A DNA stretch of 64,000 bases from the human T2T-CHM13v2.0 reference genome, Homo sapiens. A model generated the notes under the pieces. The model did not search any database, was not told the DNA's origin, and saw only the letters and a list, made by a program, of their open reading frames with translations. Location: NCBI RefSeq assembly GCF_009914755.1, contig NC_060937.1; one strand, given 5' to 3'. A program made the translations under genes and the position numbers. Below, piece after piece: positions 1 to 12,776 of the stretch (positions are counted from its first letter, which is position 1; every line of letters begins with the position of its first letter).

Positions 1-464
1 GATTTCAGGGACACAATGCCTACAGACTATGAAATCAGGCGAATGGTTATTTCAATTATCCTTAGTGCAGATAACAAAATGTAAAATGTGGCAAGTAGCA
101 ATGAGGATGAACAGTGAAGAAGGGATGGAAAGGAAATATATTTTAGAGGTATACTTAACCGCACTGGGTGGTTGGGTGACTATGAGGAATTGAGGAAAGG
201 AATGGTGCTAGAAGATTCTAGGGGCTGCAGAGCATAGCAGACACACACCATTAGGAGTTGGGAGGAATGGAGCCAGTTGGGAAGAAAGTATCATGAATTT
301 GATTTTCAACTTGTAATGATAACTTGTGGGTCTACATAAGTCATAGAGGACAAGCGAAACCTATGGGAAATCATTATGGTGGATTGATAGGTACGTGGCT
401 TTAACTAATGTTTGGATAAGGGTGGGGTTTGGAGATATACAGTAGTGGCTACAGAAGGTACAAA

Positions 465-700
465 ATAATAATAAAAATGTATTAAGCATTTACTAGTTAT
501 GAGGAAGTAGGCAAACTATTCTATGCAATTTTTTTTTTAAGAAAAAACATCTTTCACAACAGTTCCATGACGTAGTCACTATTGGCTCAATTTTCTTGAA
601 AAAGAAGCAGACATATTAAATAACTTACCAAACATACACAGCTGGTAGGTGCCAGAACTTGTCAGGAGCCTGTTCATCTGACTGCGGAGGTCACTTAGAT
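465..700 (-). mobile_element. MIR (ancient SINE), degraded
   Basis: Degenerate reverse-complement MIR core (AAATAACTTACCAAACATACACAGCTGGTAGGTGCCAGAAC); boundaries approximate. Confidence 0.55.
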
Positions 701-1220
701 TAGTGGCCAATATCCCGCTTTTCCTTTAGCACTATTTCTTTCTATCCTGGTCTGTTTTGGTAATAATGCAGTTTTTGAAATTATATTCTTTTTGATGCTG
801 AGAAACAACTTGCGGTATGCAAAGCTCTAAATACCCAGAACTAATAAAATTACATTGATCTGTAGCACATCAAATTCACAATCCAAAGCAATTCCAGATA
901 CTTTTTCCAATTTAGCAGTAATTAGGTCTAGGGAGGCTCAAGAGTCCTGTGTTCTCAGTATTTCTAGAAGATGATGCTTGCACTCCTATGCTTCAAATTA
1001 TATTTTGAAGATTGTTTTTATTACCATCCCAGGAAAGAGGCAATATAACCTTGTTTCCCCTGTATTATTCTAACCAGAATAAACCTGGATTTACTTAAAG
1101 AAAACCAAACCAACAACTACCCAAATACTTACTTCATACCAGAATTTTTTTTTGTTTCTAGGCATAAAAATGATGGTTGCTAAGAGATCCAAAGAGGTGA
1201 AAAGCAAAACGAGACAAGGG

Positions 1221-1290
1221 AGATTGAAATAATATTTGTCTGGTGACTCAGAACAAGATTGAAATAATATTTGTCTGGTGATTCAGAACA
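1221..1290. repeat. 35-bp tandem duplication (2 copies, 1 mismatch)
   Basis: AGATTGAAATAATATTTGTCTGGTGA(C/T)TCAGAACA at 1221-1255 and 1256-1290. Confidence 0.95.
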
Positions 1291-2346
1291 ATACACGGTT
1301 GCTTTTGCTTTCTTCTTTCCTCTTTTTTAAAATGAACTAGTGATATTTTCTAAACTTCTGAGTGAATATAAATACCACCCTTGTGCTACTGACCTACTAA
1401 TGTCCTCTGGATATTTCTAACTGAAAAAAGACAGTCAAAACATTAAATTTTAAATACTTCCAATATTAGAAGAAATTATCTTTCTTTCTTTCTTTTTTTT
1501 TTTTTTTTTTTGAGATGGAAAACTGTCACTTGGAAAGAGTGCTTTGGTGTTACCACTGGAAACCTCCCCATAGGGATGACTGATGAAGGCAAATGATGAA
1601 ACTGTTAAAAATATAATTCTATTTGGGGATTGGCACATGTTGGGTGTGACAATTACTGAGTTGACTTCCAAGCATGTACAGCATCTAGTAACTATGACTT
1701 AGTAAGATAATAAACTTTTATTAGTACTTACAGTTTGGGGAAAATTGTAATCAACTCCTTTTGAATGCACACTATTGTTAAGGTCTCACATGCAAGCTGG
1801 ATGGGGACCTACAAGGGCCTTGACTCTTACTCAATCTGATGGCATCATTTAGCTTGAATTCTTTTTTTTTTTCTTTGCTATTTACAAACAAGTGATTAGG
1901 TCAAATAATTACTTTTATCAGATTCAAAGCATGAGGAAATCAAACCATTTGTCTAAGATATCATTGGGTCAAGCTTTTCTTCAAATCAAGAAAGGAGTTA
2001 TTTTCTTGTCAGAGGGAGACATGAGAAATATTTTTATGCTCTTTAAAACTAAAAGCAGTAATTAGGGTTTGAAGTTGAAATATTCCCCACCCAGCTTCTG
2101 GTACCATATTCATCTTATAATATGGTCATCAGGTAGCTGACCACAGTGGCAGACAATTCTACAGTTTTGTTTTTGAACGGAATTTCACATATGCAAATTT
2201 AGGAAGAGAACATTGTCCATTGGTGACCAGATAAATGAATTATGCTGTGTTGATTGAAAGCAGAACAGATCGATTACTTACATGATTGTTTTAAAGATAT
2301 CTTACACATTGGCAGAATTTAAGATTAGATAAGAATTAAGTTTCAA

Positions 2347-3524
2347 GCTCCCTCTCCCTCCCCCTCCCCCTCTCCTTCTCCCTCTCCGTCTCCCCCTCTG
2401 CACGGTCTCCCTCTGATGCCAAGCCAAGGCTGGACTGTACTGCCGCCATCTCAACCCACTGCAACCTCCCTGCCTGATTCTCCTGCCTCAGCCTGCCCAG
2501 TGCCTGGGATTGCAGGCGCGCGCTGCCACGCCTGACTGGTTTTCGTATTTTTTGGTGGAGACGGGGTTTCGCCGTGTTGGCCGGGCTGGTCTCCAGCTCC
2601 TGACCGCGAGTGATCTGCCAGCCTCGGCCTCCCGAGGTGCCGGGATTGCAGACGGAGTCTGGCTCACTCAGTGCTCAATGTTGCCCAGGCTGGAGTGCAG
2701 TGGCGTGATCTCGGCTTGGTACAACCTCCACCTCCCAGCCGCCTGCCTTGGCCTCCCAAAGTGCTGAGATTGCAGCCTCTGCCTGGCCGCCACCCCGTCT
2801 AGGAAGTGAGGAGCATCTCTGCCCCGCCGCCCTGTCTGAGATGTGAAGAGCGCCTCCGCCCGACCGCGACCCAATCTGGGAACTCAGGAGTGTCTCTGGC
2901 CCACCGCCACCCCGTCTGGGAGGTGGGGGCGCCTCTGCCCGGCCGCCCCGTCTGGGAAGTGAGGAGCCCCTCTGCCCTGCGGCGACCCCGTCTGGGAGGT
3001 GTGCCCAGCGGCTCATTGACAACGGGCCATGATGACGATGACGGTTTTGTCAAATAGAAGAGGGGGAAATGGGAAAGGAAGGAGAGATCAGACTGTTACT
3101 GTGTGTGTGGAGAGAAGTGGACATAGGAGACTCCATTTTGTTCTGTATAAGAGAAATTCTTCTGCCTTGGGATGCTGTTAATCTATAACCTTACCCCCAA
3201 CCCCGTGCTCTCTGAAACATGTGCTGTGTCCACTAAGGGTTAAATGGATTAAGGGCGGTGCAAGATGTGCTTTGTTAAACAGACGCTTGAAGGCAGCATA
3301 CTTGTTAAGAGTCATCACCACTCCCTAATCTCAAGTACCCAGGGACACAAACACTGCAAAAGGTGGCAGGGCCCTCTGCCTAGGAAAACCAGAGACCTTT
3401 GTTCACATGTTTATCTGCTGACCTTCCCTCCACTATTGTCCTATGACCCTGCCAAATCCCCCTCTCTGAGAAACACCCAAGAATGATCAATAAATACTAA
3501 AAAAAATTAAAAAAAAAGAAAAAA
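2347..3524 (+). mobile_element. SVA retrotransposon (older subfamily, probably SVA_B/C) with very short VNTR
   Basis: CCCTCT hexamer head (~2347-2395), antisense Alu-like domain (~2410-2770), about 6 GC-rich VNTR units (~2775-3002), SINE-R, AATAAA at 3489-3494, A-tail; perfect 16-bp TSD AAGAATTAAGTTTCAA at 2331-2346 and 3525-3540. Confidence 0.97.
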
Positions 3525-4879
3525 AAGAATTAAGTTTCAAAAGCACCAAGAACTGCAAAAGAGATAAAATATTGTCATAAATAAGCACTATGACATAAAG
3601 CTCTCCAAAGCATAGCAAAGAATAATGGCCTGTGTTGGTCCTTCAGGGGACATGCAGAATGGAAGAGATAAACGCTTGCTGACCATCAGGAAATGGACAT
3701 AATGGTGAGTGCTTTCAGTGGGAATAGCTTGGAAAATAATAGAGTTCCTTCCCCTTCAAATCCCAGTTTGCTCAGACATCTATGTATGCATACGTAGAAT
3801 TTTCCCATAATTCCCGATATTTAGAGAGCCCTGAGTACAATATAAGTTCTCTGAGAGCCAGGACTGTCTTCGTCAATGAGTTTCTAGTTTCTAATACATG
3901 TTCTAGCACACAGGCACATAACACATATTGGTGAATGAATAAATGATTTTAGAAAGATCTTAAGTCTTCCTCTTCTCTACATACATCTTATTAGCAGATC
4001 TAATTAAAATTTGAACCATCTTGGGTTTCTGTCTTCATTGGAAGAGCCCATCTGGGCTCATCAATCTCATCCTCTTCACCAAGCAACTTCGAGTCACATA
4101 GCATATGTTTAGTAATTTATCACCTTTACAAAAAAATAAAACTGTGCAAGGGAGTCATTGCAGTGTAGAAAAATCTCATTAACACAGCAAATTCAATCCT
4201 CCTACCCATCTTTTCAGCACTGCAAAAGAACAAATGCATGCCCAAATTCAAGAAATGATAGTATTTATGTAATGCAACTGTAACATTGCACTATTTATTA
4301 TGGTATGGCTTTGGAATAGCTCAGTTTATATGTCCATTCAAATTGTTCAATATATTATGGGATAATTCAGAATAAGACTAAATTGTTCAGTGCTGAGTTT
4401 CCAAGTGTTAAAAAAAAAGAAATTTTGAGTGCCAAAAGTAAGAGATTTTTTAAAAAGTATTCACAGCAACAATAATTCTGCCACATCAAATGCTTGAACA
4501 TATACTGTTTTCATCAAGCCTTGAGCTCTATACATACTTGGAAAATCTATTTATGAGCAAGAACCTGAAATGTTGAATGACAACATTTTCAATAGTTTAC
4601 TTAAGAACTTCTGATAATGCAGTTATTTTTTATATCTCCATATGTTACTCAAGTGTGCATTCCGAATACCTTTAACAGAATGCAGTTTAGTCTGCCAGGA
4701 GGCATTTATACTGGTGATAGCATGGATGCGGGAGCAAAGCAGAGGGTGGCCAAGGCCCAGCAATCAAGTACTGTCCGTTTACCTTAATTGTCATACGTCC
4801 AATTCACAGCTGTTGCCCTTGATGTGTGTCTGAGAGAGGTTCTGTCTAATAGTGTTTTCAATGTGAATGAATGATACTA

Positions 4880-5960
4880 CAATATTCACTAAATATGTAT
4901 TTGATACGATCATTTATGGACTTATTAATTGAAACAAGCACATTTCTAGATGCTGGGGCGACAGCAATGAATCATATAGGTAAATTTCCTACTCTTACAG
5001 AGATTACTTTGGAGAGATACAGATAAAAAAATTTAATATGTCAACTGAGTAATAGATGTGATCAAAAATAGAATAAGAATCCTACAGAGTGATATTGGTG
5101 TAATAAGAAAAGGCCCCTCTGAGAAGGTGGCATTTGTCAGAGACCTGAAGGGTATGTGAGAGTAATTCATGCAGAGGAACCCGTGAGTGCAAAGGTGCAG
5201 CTGGGAGGCTGAGTGGCACGTGAACTTGACATAAAAGGAGCCAGTGTGGCAGCAGAGGTGGGAGTGAGAGGGAGAATGGCAGAGATGAGCAAAAAGAAAA
5301 AAAAAAATTCCAGCGAGCTATATCACGTAAAGCCTCTTAGGCCATGACGAAATTTTTGGGTCGCATTCTGAGTGAGATGGGAGCCTTTGGAAGGTTTGAG
5401 TGGAGGGGTAAGGTGATCGATTTCACTTGCATTTTAAATGACCCACTCTGGATGCTACAGAGGGGTTGGACAGCAGGTGGAAAAGGGGATAGATTAGATT
5501 ACAGGATTGCTGTAGAGATAATGAGATAGTTAAAATTCTGAATATATTTCAAAGACAGAGCTGAGAGGCTATATTGATGGTTTGCTTGTGGGAAGAAAGA
5601 AAAAAAGTACAGAGGTAAGAATGACACCAAAACTTTTGGCCAGAACAACTGAGAATGTAGAAAGCAATGCCATTAATTAAAGTGGAAACTCATAGAGGGA
5701 AAAAGATTTGGGGATAAAAGTAAAAATTTAGTTTTGGACATGTCACATTGAACTACTTACTTATTATAAATTTGAATGGCGATGATAAGCAGAAATTACA
5801 TAACCAATTTCAGAGTTCACCAAAGTGGTCACGACTGGAAATAAAAACTTTGGGGTCATCAGGATGTAGATGGTGTTTAAAGCCAAGGTACCAAACTAGG
5901 TCACCCAGGGAGGGAGAAAGAAATGCAGAAAGGAGCCCTGGAGCATTACCACATTTAGAG
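4880..5960 (-). mobile_element. L2 LINE, degraded
   Basis: Reverse-complement L2 3' motifs (CTCTGAGAAGGTGGCATTTG..AGAGACCTGAAGG; AATTTAGTTTTGGACATGT; GGGGTCATCAGGATGTAGATGGTGTTTAAAGCC). Confidence 0.7.
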
Positions 5961-6021
5961 AATGTAAACTTTAAAGTTTAAATGTCTTTACTCTCATTCT
6001 CTAAATGTGGTAATACTCCAG

Positions 6022-6894
6022 AGAAAAAACAAACAACCCCATCAACAAGTGGGCAAAGGATACGAACAGACACTTCTCAAAAGAAGACATTTATGCAGCC
6101 AAAAGACACATGAAAAAATGCTCATCATCACTGGCCATCAGAGAAATGCAAATGAAAACCACAATGAGATACCATCTCACACCAGTTAGAATGGCGATCA
6201 TTAAAAAGTCAGGAAACAGCAGGTGCTGGAGAGGATGTAGAGAAATAGGAACACTTTTACACTGTTGGTGGGACTGTAAACTAGTTCAACCATTGTGGAA
6301 GACAGTGTGGTGATTCCTCAGGGATCTAGAACTAGAAATGCCATTTGATGCAGCCATCCCATTACTGGATATATACCCAAAGGATTATAAATCGTGCCGC
6401 TATAAAGACGCATGCACACGTATGTTTACTGCGGCACTATTCACAATAGCAAAGACTTGGAACCAAGCCAAATGTCCATCAATGATTGATAGACTGGATT
6501 AAGAAAATGTGGCACATATACACCATGGAATACTATGCAGCCATAAAAAAGGATGAGTTCATGTCCTTTGTAGGGACATGGATGAAGCTGGAAACCATCA
6601 TTCTCAGCAAACTATCCCAAGGACAAAAAACCAAACACCGCATGTTCTCACTCATAGGTGGGAATCGAACAATGAGAACACTTGGACACAGGAAGGGGAA
6701 CATCACACACCAGGGCCTGTTGTGGGGTGGGGGAAGCGGGTAGGGAAAGCATTAGGAGATATATACCTAATGTAAATGACAAGTTGGTGGGTGCAGCACA
6801 CCAACATGGCACGCATATACATACGTAAGAAACCTGCACATTGTGCACATGTACCCTCGAACTTAAAGTATAATAAAAAAAAAAATATATATAT
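6022..6894 (+). mobile_element. 5'-truncated L1PA (L1PA4/5-like): ORF2 C-terminus plus 3'UTR
   Basis: ORF track peptides [14 protein letters not shown].. and IDWIKKMWHIYTMEYYAAIK; 3'UTR ending ACTTAAAGTATAATAAAA; no TSD found. Confidence 0.95.
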
Positions 6895-6968
6895 ATATAA
6901 AGAAGTTTCAAAGGAAGGAAAATTGTATTTTCCTTTCTCCTGTTAACAGATACTGACTACTGGTCGAC

Positions 6969-7157
6969 CAGTGTTTTTTCAAAAGGAGGTCCTTGGACCA
7001 TCTGCCTGAGAAACATCTGAAGTGCCCATTTGTTATGTGGATTTCTGGCTCCACCACTCACTGACTAAATCAGAAACTCTGGGAAGGGCCCCAGGGCTTG
7101 TGTTTTCCCAAGTATACCAGGTGAAACTTGAGCCTCCTGAAGTTTGGAAATTAGTGG
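6969..7157. mobile_element. MER5-like hAT-Charlie MITE
   Basis: CAGTG start, ACTAAATCAGAAACTCTGGG core, AAGTTTGGAAATTAGTG end. Confidence 0.6.
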
Positions 7158-8281
7158 TTCCAAAATATTTCATAGCATGTCTAGAAAATGATACAACTTG
7201 TACAGCATATTGAGTAAATGGATAAAATGCTGATGTGGGCAGAAGGGATGGGCCTGGAGCCCTGGCTGCCCAGGCTCTCCTTAAGGTGTGAGGGGATCAA
7301 GATGTTGGTTGTACCTATAATCAATCTGGAGTCAAATGAGGGTGCTGTGGACACAGTTTAGTCTGTTACACACAAAATCAACTTTTTATAAAACTATTAT
7401 ATTTATATATGTCTTCCAGTGCTTATGGGAGTTACTGAAGTCATGGAATCAGGGATTAACCAATATCTTATTTAAAATATCTGTTTCAGTCACAAAGGCA
7501 AATATAAGATAACCTAAAATCCAAAGGAAATTTCATTGTCTAGAAATTCGTAGTACTAAATTTTAGGAAAAAAAAATTTGAAGGGTCTTTCTTTAGTTTC
7601 TATATCACTAATGAATTCTCTTTCTTGTTTTTCCTCGCACAGGCATTTAAGGACTAAACATCTTGTTTAACAGTGAATTTTATGTATTTAAGCCTAAGGT
7701 AATATTAAGGTAACATTTCCTGAAATCTATTGAGTAAAATGTTAACGGTTCCATAGTTTGAGATACTGTGGGGCCTGCTATACTTCCTTGGTGGTTAACA
7801 ATTCACACAATGTTATCAAGGAAAAATAATTTAAAAATAAAAGACAAACAAAAACAAAACCCAAAAAACAAAAACAACACACACACACACACAACACAAC
7901 TTATTATTCACCCCAATATATATTAGATGTATTTAATCAAAACTATTTCTTTGAAAAAGTATTATTAATGTCTTAAAGTTTAATACTGTTTCTAAGGACC
8001 CAATATAAGAAATTCTGGCCTAGAAAATTGTTACAACATGACATGTCAACAACTCCAAGATAGTTTAGTACAATCTGTATACTAGATAACTAACTAGAGC
8101 AAAGTGATAATGAATGAGGTGATTAGAATTAAGAAACTCTCTGTAGAAGACGAATCTTGCCAGTAAAGAAAAGTGTGATAGTGGGAAGGAAAAGATAGGG
8201 CAGCGGGAGAATAGAAATAGGGAAGATGAACTTTTGCCTAAATTCCGAGAAATAAAAAAAAAGAAAATTCCTCACTTTAGG

Positions 8282-8284
<3 letters not shown>

Positions 8285-8322
<38 letters not shown>
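8285..8322. repeat. (GT)n microsatellite
   Basis: Uninterrupted GT run. Confidence 0.95.
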
Positions 8323-8324
<2 letters not shown>

Positions 8325-8417
8325 CTGAAAAGTATTGTGAAAGATCATTCATTAAGCTGACACTAATTACTGACATTGGAGATGAGAAACCAGTCAGAGG
8401 GCTCTTCCTGGAAGGTT

Positions 8418-8892
8418 ATGTAACAATGAGCTGTTGCTGCATAACAAACCACCCCCCAACTCCGTGGTTTAAAACAACAGCCATAAAATTAGATCACGAT
8501 TCTGTGGGTACAGCACTTCGGCCAGGTGCAGCTGAGTGATTCTACTGGTTTAGGTAGAGTCATCATGTGTCTGTGGTCAACTTCTGGTCCACTAGACAGC
8601 TCTTCTGCGTTTTCACCAACTGTATGCTGGGGCAGAGAAGGCTTATGGGCCACATAACTTCCATCAACCAGGAGACTAGCCTGCTCTTGGTCATGTTGTT
8701 CACAGGGTTTCATTAGCAGCAGGAGAGGAAGGTCTCTTGAAGCACAGGCTATGAACTTGCACAACATCATTGCCACCCAATAGGTCAAAGAAAGCTCAAG
8801 GCCAGCCCTGATGTAAAGAATGCAGCAGTAGACTCCACCTCCTGAGAGGGTAAGCTAAAATGCAGTGTGTTCTTTTCTGAAATCTACCCCAG
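8418..8892 (-). mobile_element. Old MLT1-type MaLR LTR
   Basis: TGTTGCTGCATAACAAACCACCCCCCAACTCCGTGGTTTAAAACAACA start and AGTAGACTCCACCTCCTGAGAGG near the end, typical of reverse-strand MLT1. Confidence 0.65.
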
Positions 8893-11786
8893 CAGGTGAT
8901 GGGAAGTGCACTGTGAAGATAGCTAGCGGAATGAGAAGGAAGCCAGGAAACCAAGAGTTTGTAGAAGGGGCACAGATAGAAAGAGAAGTAAAGTAATGGA
9001 GTAATGGGAGGTCATATAGACTGGCAAGATTTGGTTAAGGTGATACTATAGCTTTCTCTGAAATCCAACATTTGTAGACTAAGTAATAATGATTAATATT
9101 CTTGCCAAGTTTTCTAAAGGTTTCTTTAAATTATATATCATTAAATCTTATCTCCCTAAACTATCTCTAGAATCCTTCTATACCAGGTGTACCCCATGTA
9201 CCTATGTTCAGACAGAGCTGCTCTCACCCTTGATAGTGGCAACTTCAGAGTCAGGGGTAAAACTGACATTCATATGTCCAATAGATACACATATCTTAGT
9301 TACAGACCTGGCATCTTACCAAATCTTTATATATAGCTTTTGTTAATATATGGCACCATGTTCCAGGTGTTTTTAATTTAAAGTTAATAAAATTCTAGAG
9401 CTAAAACTGCAGATATTTTCAACAAATCCTGGGAAATGGAGAAAAATGGAGTAGATGGTTATAAATAAGCTTAAGATCTTATGTAATTTTCAGAGAGAGT
9501 TTATAGATACAGACTTGTCCTTTTAAAATATTCATTTTAATATGTAATACATATATAACAAGAATGAAGTAATACATATATAACGAGAACTTTTAATTCT
9601 CTGAAATTATATGCTGTTCCAAAAATTATATGATGGACAATAACACTCTCACTCCAGTTTCCTTGTTCACTATCTTCTCACAAGATGAATCACAATTACT
9701 GATTTCTTATATGTTCTTATAGGACTGTTTTTATATCTTTTTTTGTTTCCATCTTCATCTTCGTTACCTAAGAGATAACATACTACATCTATTGTTCTAC
9801 ACTGTAATTTTCCCTAATTCACAAGTTAAATCAATCAATCTGTAACATCAAGCTGCCTCATTTTTTAAACTGCTGTATTTATCTCCAATTGCATACCAAA
9901 AATTAATCAGTCCTTTTTGGAAAGACAGTTATACTCTCCAATATTTTGTATTTACTCTCCAATATTTTGTATTTATAAGCCATGCTAAAATGAATGTTCT
10001 TTTAGATGTAGCTTTGTTAAACATGCCAGTATATTTGTGGAAATAATCCCAGGACAAGAATTGCTAATGTAAAGAAGAATGTATGCATTTGTCATTTTGA
10101 CAAATAGTGTCCAATTACTATCGATCGAGACATTTTGCTATGCATGATTTAAAGATTATTTTGTTATAATTAAATTTACAAAATGCTTTCCTTTATGATT
10201 TTGAGCATTGTCTCATATTCAACTCAATATTATAAATTTCTCATTTCTTTCTGAACTTTGTCATTTTTTAATTCATTTTTATATTCTTTATTATGATTTA
10301 TGGTTATTATTTTAATTATTTAGTCTACCTGGCATTTATCTTGTGTAAAGTATAATGTAGAGACATATTTGTTCAATTTTACTCAGGTGTTCCAATCCAT
10401 TTATTGACTAATATATATTTTTATTGGTAATTAGAAATAGTATCTTTATTATCTTGATTCACTTTTTATGTTGTTTTCTTTCTTGTTCTTATTTATTGAT
10501 GTCTCTTTTATCTGTATTAGATATCAAACATTGGTTTTTCACAGGAGTAAATAGTTAAGTAGAGGAAAAAGTTGTAATAGTTTGGCAAGGTCGATGAGGA
10601 ATGACTTAGGTAGGGAGTTGCCACTGAAAGGAAAAGACAGCATGAAGGAAGGCAGTATCTAAGAAAAGCTAGACAAAGAACATTACACATATATATCTAC
10701 ATATCGCATCATACCGTAGATATCTACACACACATACACATACAGTGGAGAGAGAAAATGAAAGAAATCTTGAAACCATACCTTTATGGGAAGGGAAATA
10801 TACAGAAGGATTTAGGAATATTACAAAATCCAAAAGCTCCCATAGGGATGGAAGATTAGGATGAGATTTATCCTTAGCATTGTGGTCTGCAGTAGTAGGC
10901 ACAACAAATAGTACCTCCCTTTCCTACTCCAGTTATGAAGCAAAGTTTCTCCCTCCTTACTGATAGAGGCAAAATTAGAAGTCTTGGGTGTGGGACTGTT
11001 AACAAAGAGGGCCTGCTAATCCTGAGCTCCAGAATTCTTTATATTTAACCACTTCATCAAGGCAGTACAAGACTGGAGATGCTTCCCTCAAGAAGAGCTG
11101 GTTCTCCCTGGAGTGCAGCAAAACTGCCACTCACTGCAGGCATCTTGCTCCCTAGAGGAACAGGGATAGAGCAGAACCGAGCTGGTCCAGATGTTTCCAA
11201 ACAGGAACATGGCTTTGGGTAACTCAAGCAGAAGCAGAGTGAATCAAGGGGCAGTGAAAGGCAAGAAGGGTGTCAAAACCTCTCATCTAGGAAATCAGGA
11301 GGAAAAGGTACTTCTTACAACATTAGATTTCTAGGCCTAATGAATGATGAGAGAAATGATCCCTGAAATAGAACAAGAAGGCGTCCGTTTCAGGCATGCT
11401 AACCAATTAAATGCCTGTTCCTATAGGTAAAGGAATAAAGGATAATCAGGTAGATGCTATTAGAAATTGTAAAATGAGCCAAGGTTTTGTTGCTATAAAA
11501 ATGATAAAGCATTTACTAGGAATTTTTAGGAATAAATAGGTAAAAACACAAAATCACTCATTTACTGTCACTGGTCACAAAGAGAAAGAGTGGTCATAAT
11601 CACTGTTGTTATACAATTACATCCCAAAAGAAATCTATAATGATTATATTCATAATAGTTTAGAGATGAAAAGTTTGCCCTCATTGCTTGTGGCCAGGTA
11701 CTCCACCTCACACATAGATATGCATGTGTTCCTGTACACACATATGCACACATATATGGGTACACACACACACAACCAACTGATTT

Positions 11787-11817
11787 ATTAAAAGTAATGG
11801 CAAAAACCACAATTGCT
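11787..11817. mobile_element. Internal fragment of MADE1 (Hsmar1-derived MITE)
   Basis: ATTAAAAGTAATGGCAAAAACCACAATTGCT matches the MADE1 loop plus the inner right arm; the outer TIR ends are absent. Confidence 0.75.
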
Positions 11818-12600
11818 GAGGGAAAACGAGAATGCTCTGCACTCTAGTCAGTTACTAAATAATGTGAGCAGACACACAGGAGCTTTAGCTGGACTTTCCT
11901 CGTGCATGTACATTTTTCCTTAGTGTTTGAGATCTGCTTTTTAACTTCAAAACATTTTCTTGTTCATTTAAGGAGAGGCATTACAGAAGTATGATCTTTG
12001 AAAAGGTTGAGATTTTACTAACCTAATTCAGTACACCCACAAGGTAATGAGTAACTGTTATCCACAATACTGACAAAGACATGAAAATTCTGAAAGCTTA
12101 CTAAGCTTCAAATAAGAAATTGATGGCTTGCAATAGTATTTGAATGGCTGATTCCAGAAGTTAAAGGAAAAAAATGATTTTCAGATAATGACATAAGAAG
12201 TAAAAACAGAATTCTCATTTAATTACTCTCATTTGTGCCATCTACCATTTAATTTCATTAAATATTTAATAATGCTGAACTGAAGATCAGTTGGCTTCAC
12301 TACAATCTTGATAAATAAATTACTTCATTTTATTCTAAACTTTGGAATTCATATGTTCATTACTTAAAACTATAACATTTGTAAAAGCCATATAAAGAAG
12401 TTAATTCCTAGCTCTATCACCACATAACATCTCCATTGCCATATCATAAATCAATAGATTTGTACTTGTGTAAATTGTAAGGCAAATTTGTTTTCTGGAT
12501 GTCTGCTTTAAATATATTTGTTTCCATGGTGTTAGAAATATTAGGTGGAATATGTGAGTTCTTACTTTGTTTCTCATTTCTCTAAATCAATACGTCTAAA

Positions 12601-12776
12601 AGTACACTCCCCAGATTGGCAGTGTTGGCATTACATGGACGTTTGTTAAAAGCGCAAATTCAAACCATCCCCCAGACCTGCTGAATTAGAAATTCTGGGG
12701 ATTAAGACCTGGAAATATATGTTATAACAAGTCCCCCAGGAGAGTCTGATGCACGTTAAAGAGTGAGAACCGTAGT
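12601..12776. mobile_element. MER5-like hAT-Charlie MITE
   Basis: CCCCAGACCTGCTGAATTAGAAATTCTGGGG...TAACAAGTCCCCCAGGAGAGTCTGATGCACGTTAAAGAGTGAGAACC. Confidence 0.7.

Noticed and set aside
1593-1660. C/D-box snoRNA-like ATGATGA...CTGA spacing
   Set aside because: No convincing terminal stem, C'/D' boxes or recognisable rRNA guide; such motifs are expected by chance.
2510-3486. Cluster of overlapping ORFs on both strands
   Set aside because: They lie in GC-rich SVA sequence that is poor in stop codons.
6231-6245. Shared GGATGTAGAG variant in the L1s at 6022 and 49922, suggesting a parent-daughter or gene-conversion link
   Set aside because: It is a single site and neighbouring positions differ (GACAGTGTGG versus GTCAGCGTGG), so recurrent mutation is sufficient.
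9544-9973. Short tandem duplications (25 bp at ~9544; 21 bp at 9932-9973)
   Set aside because: Ordinary slippage duplications within degraded L1M-like sequence.
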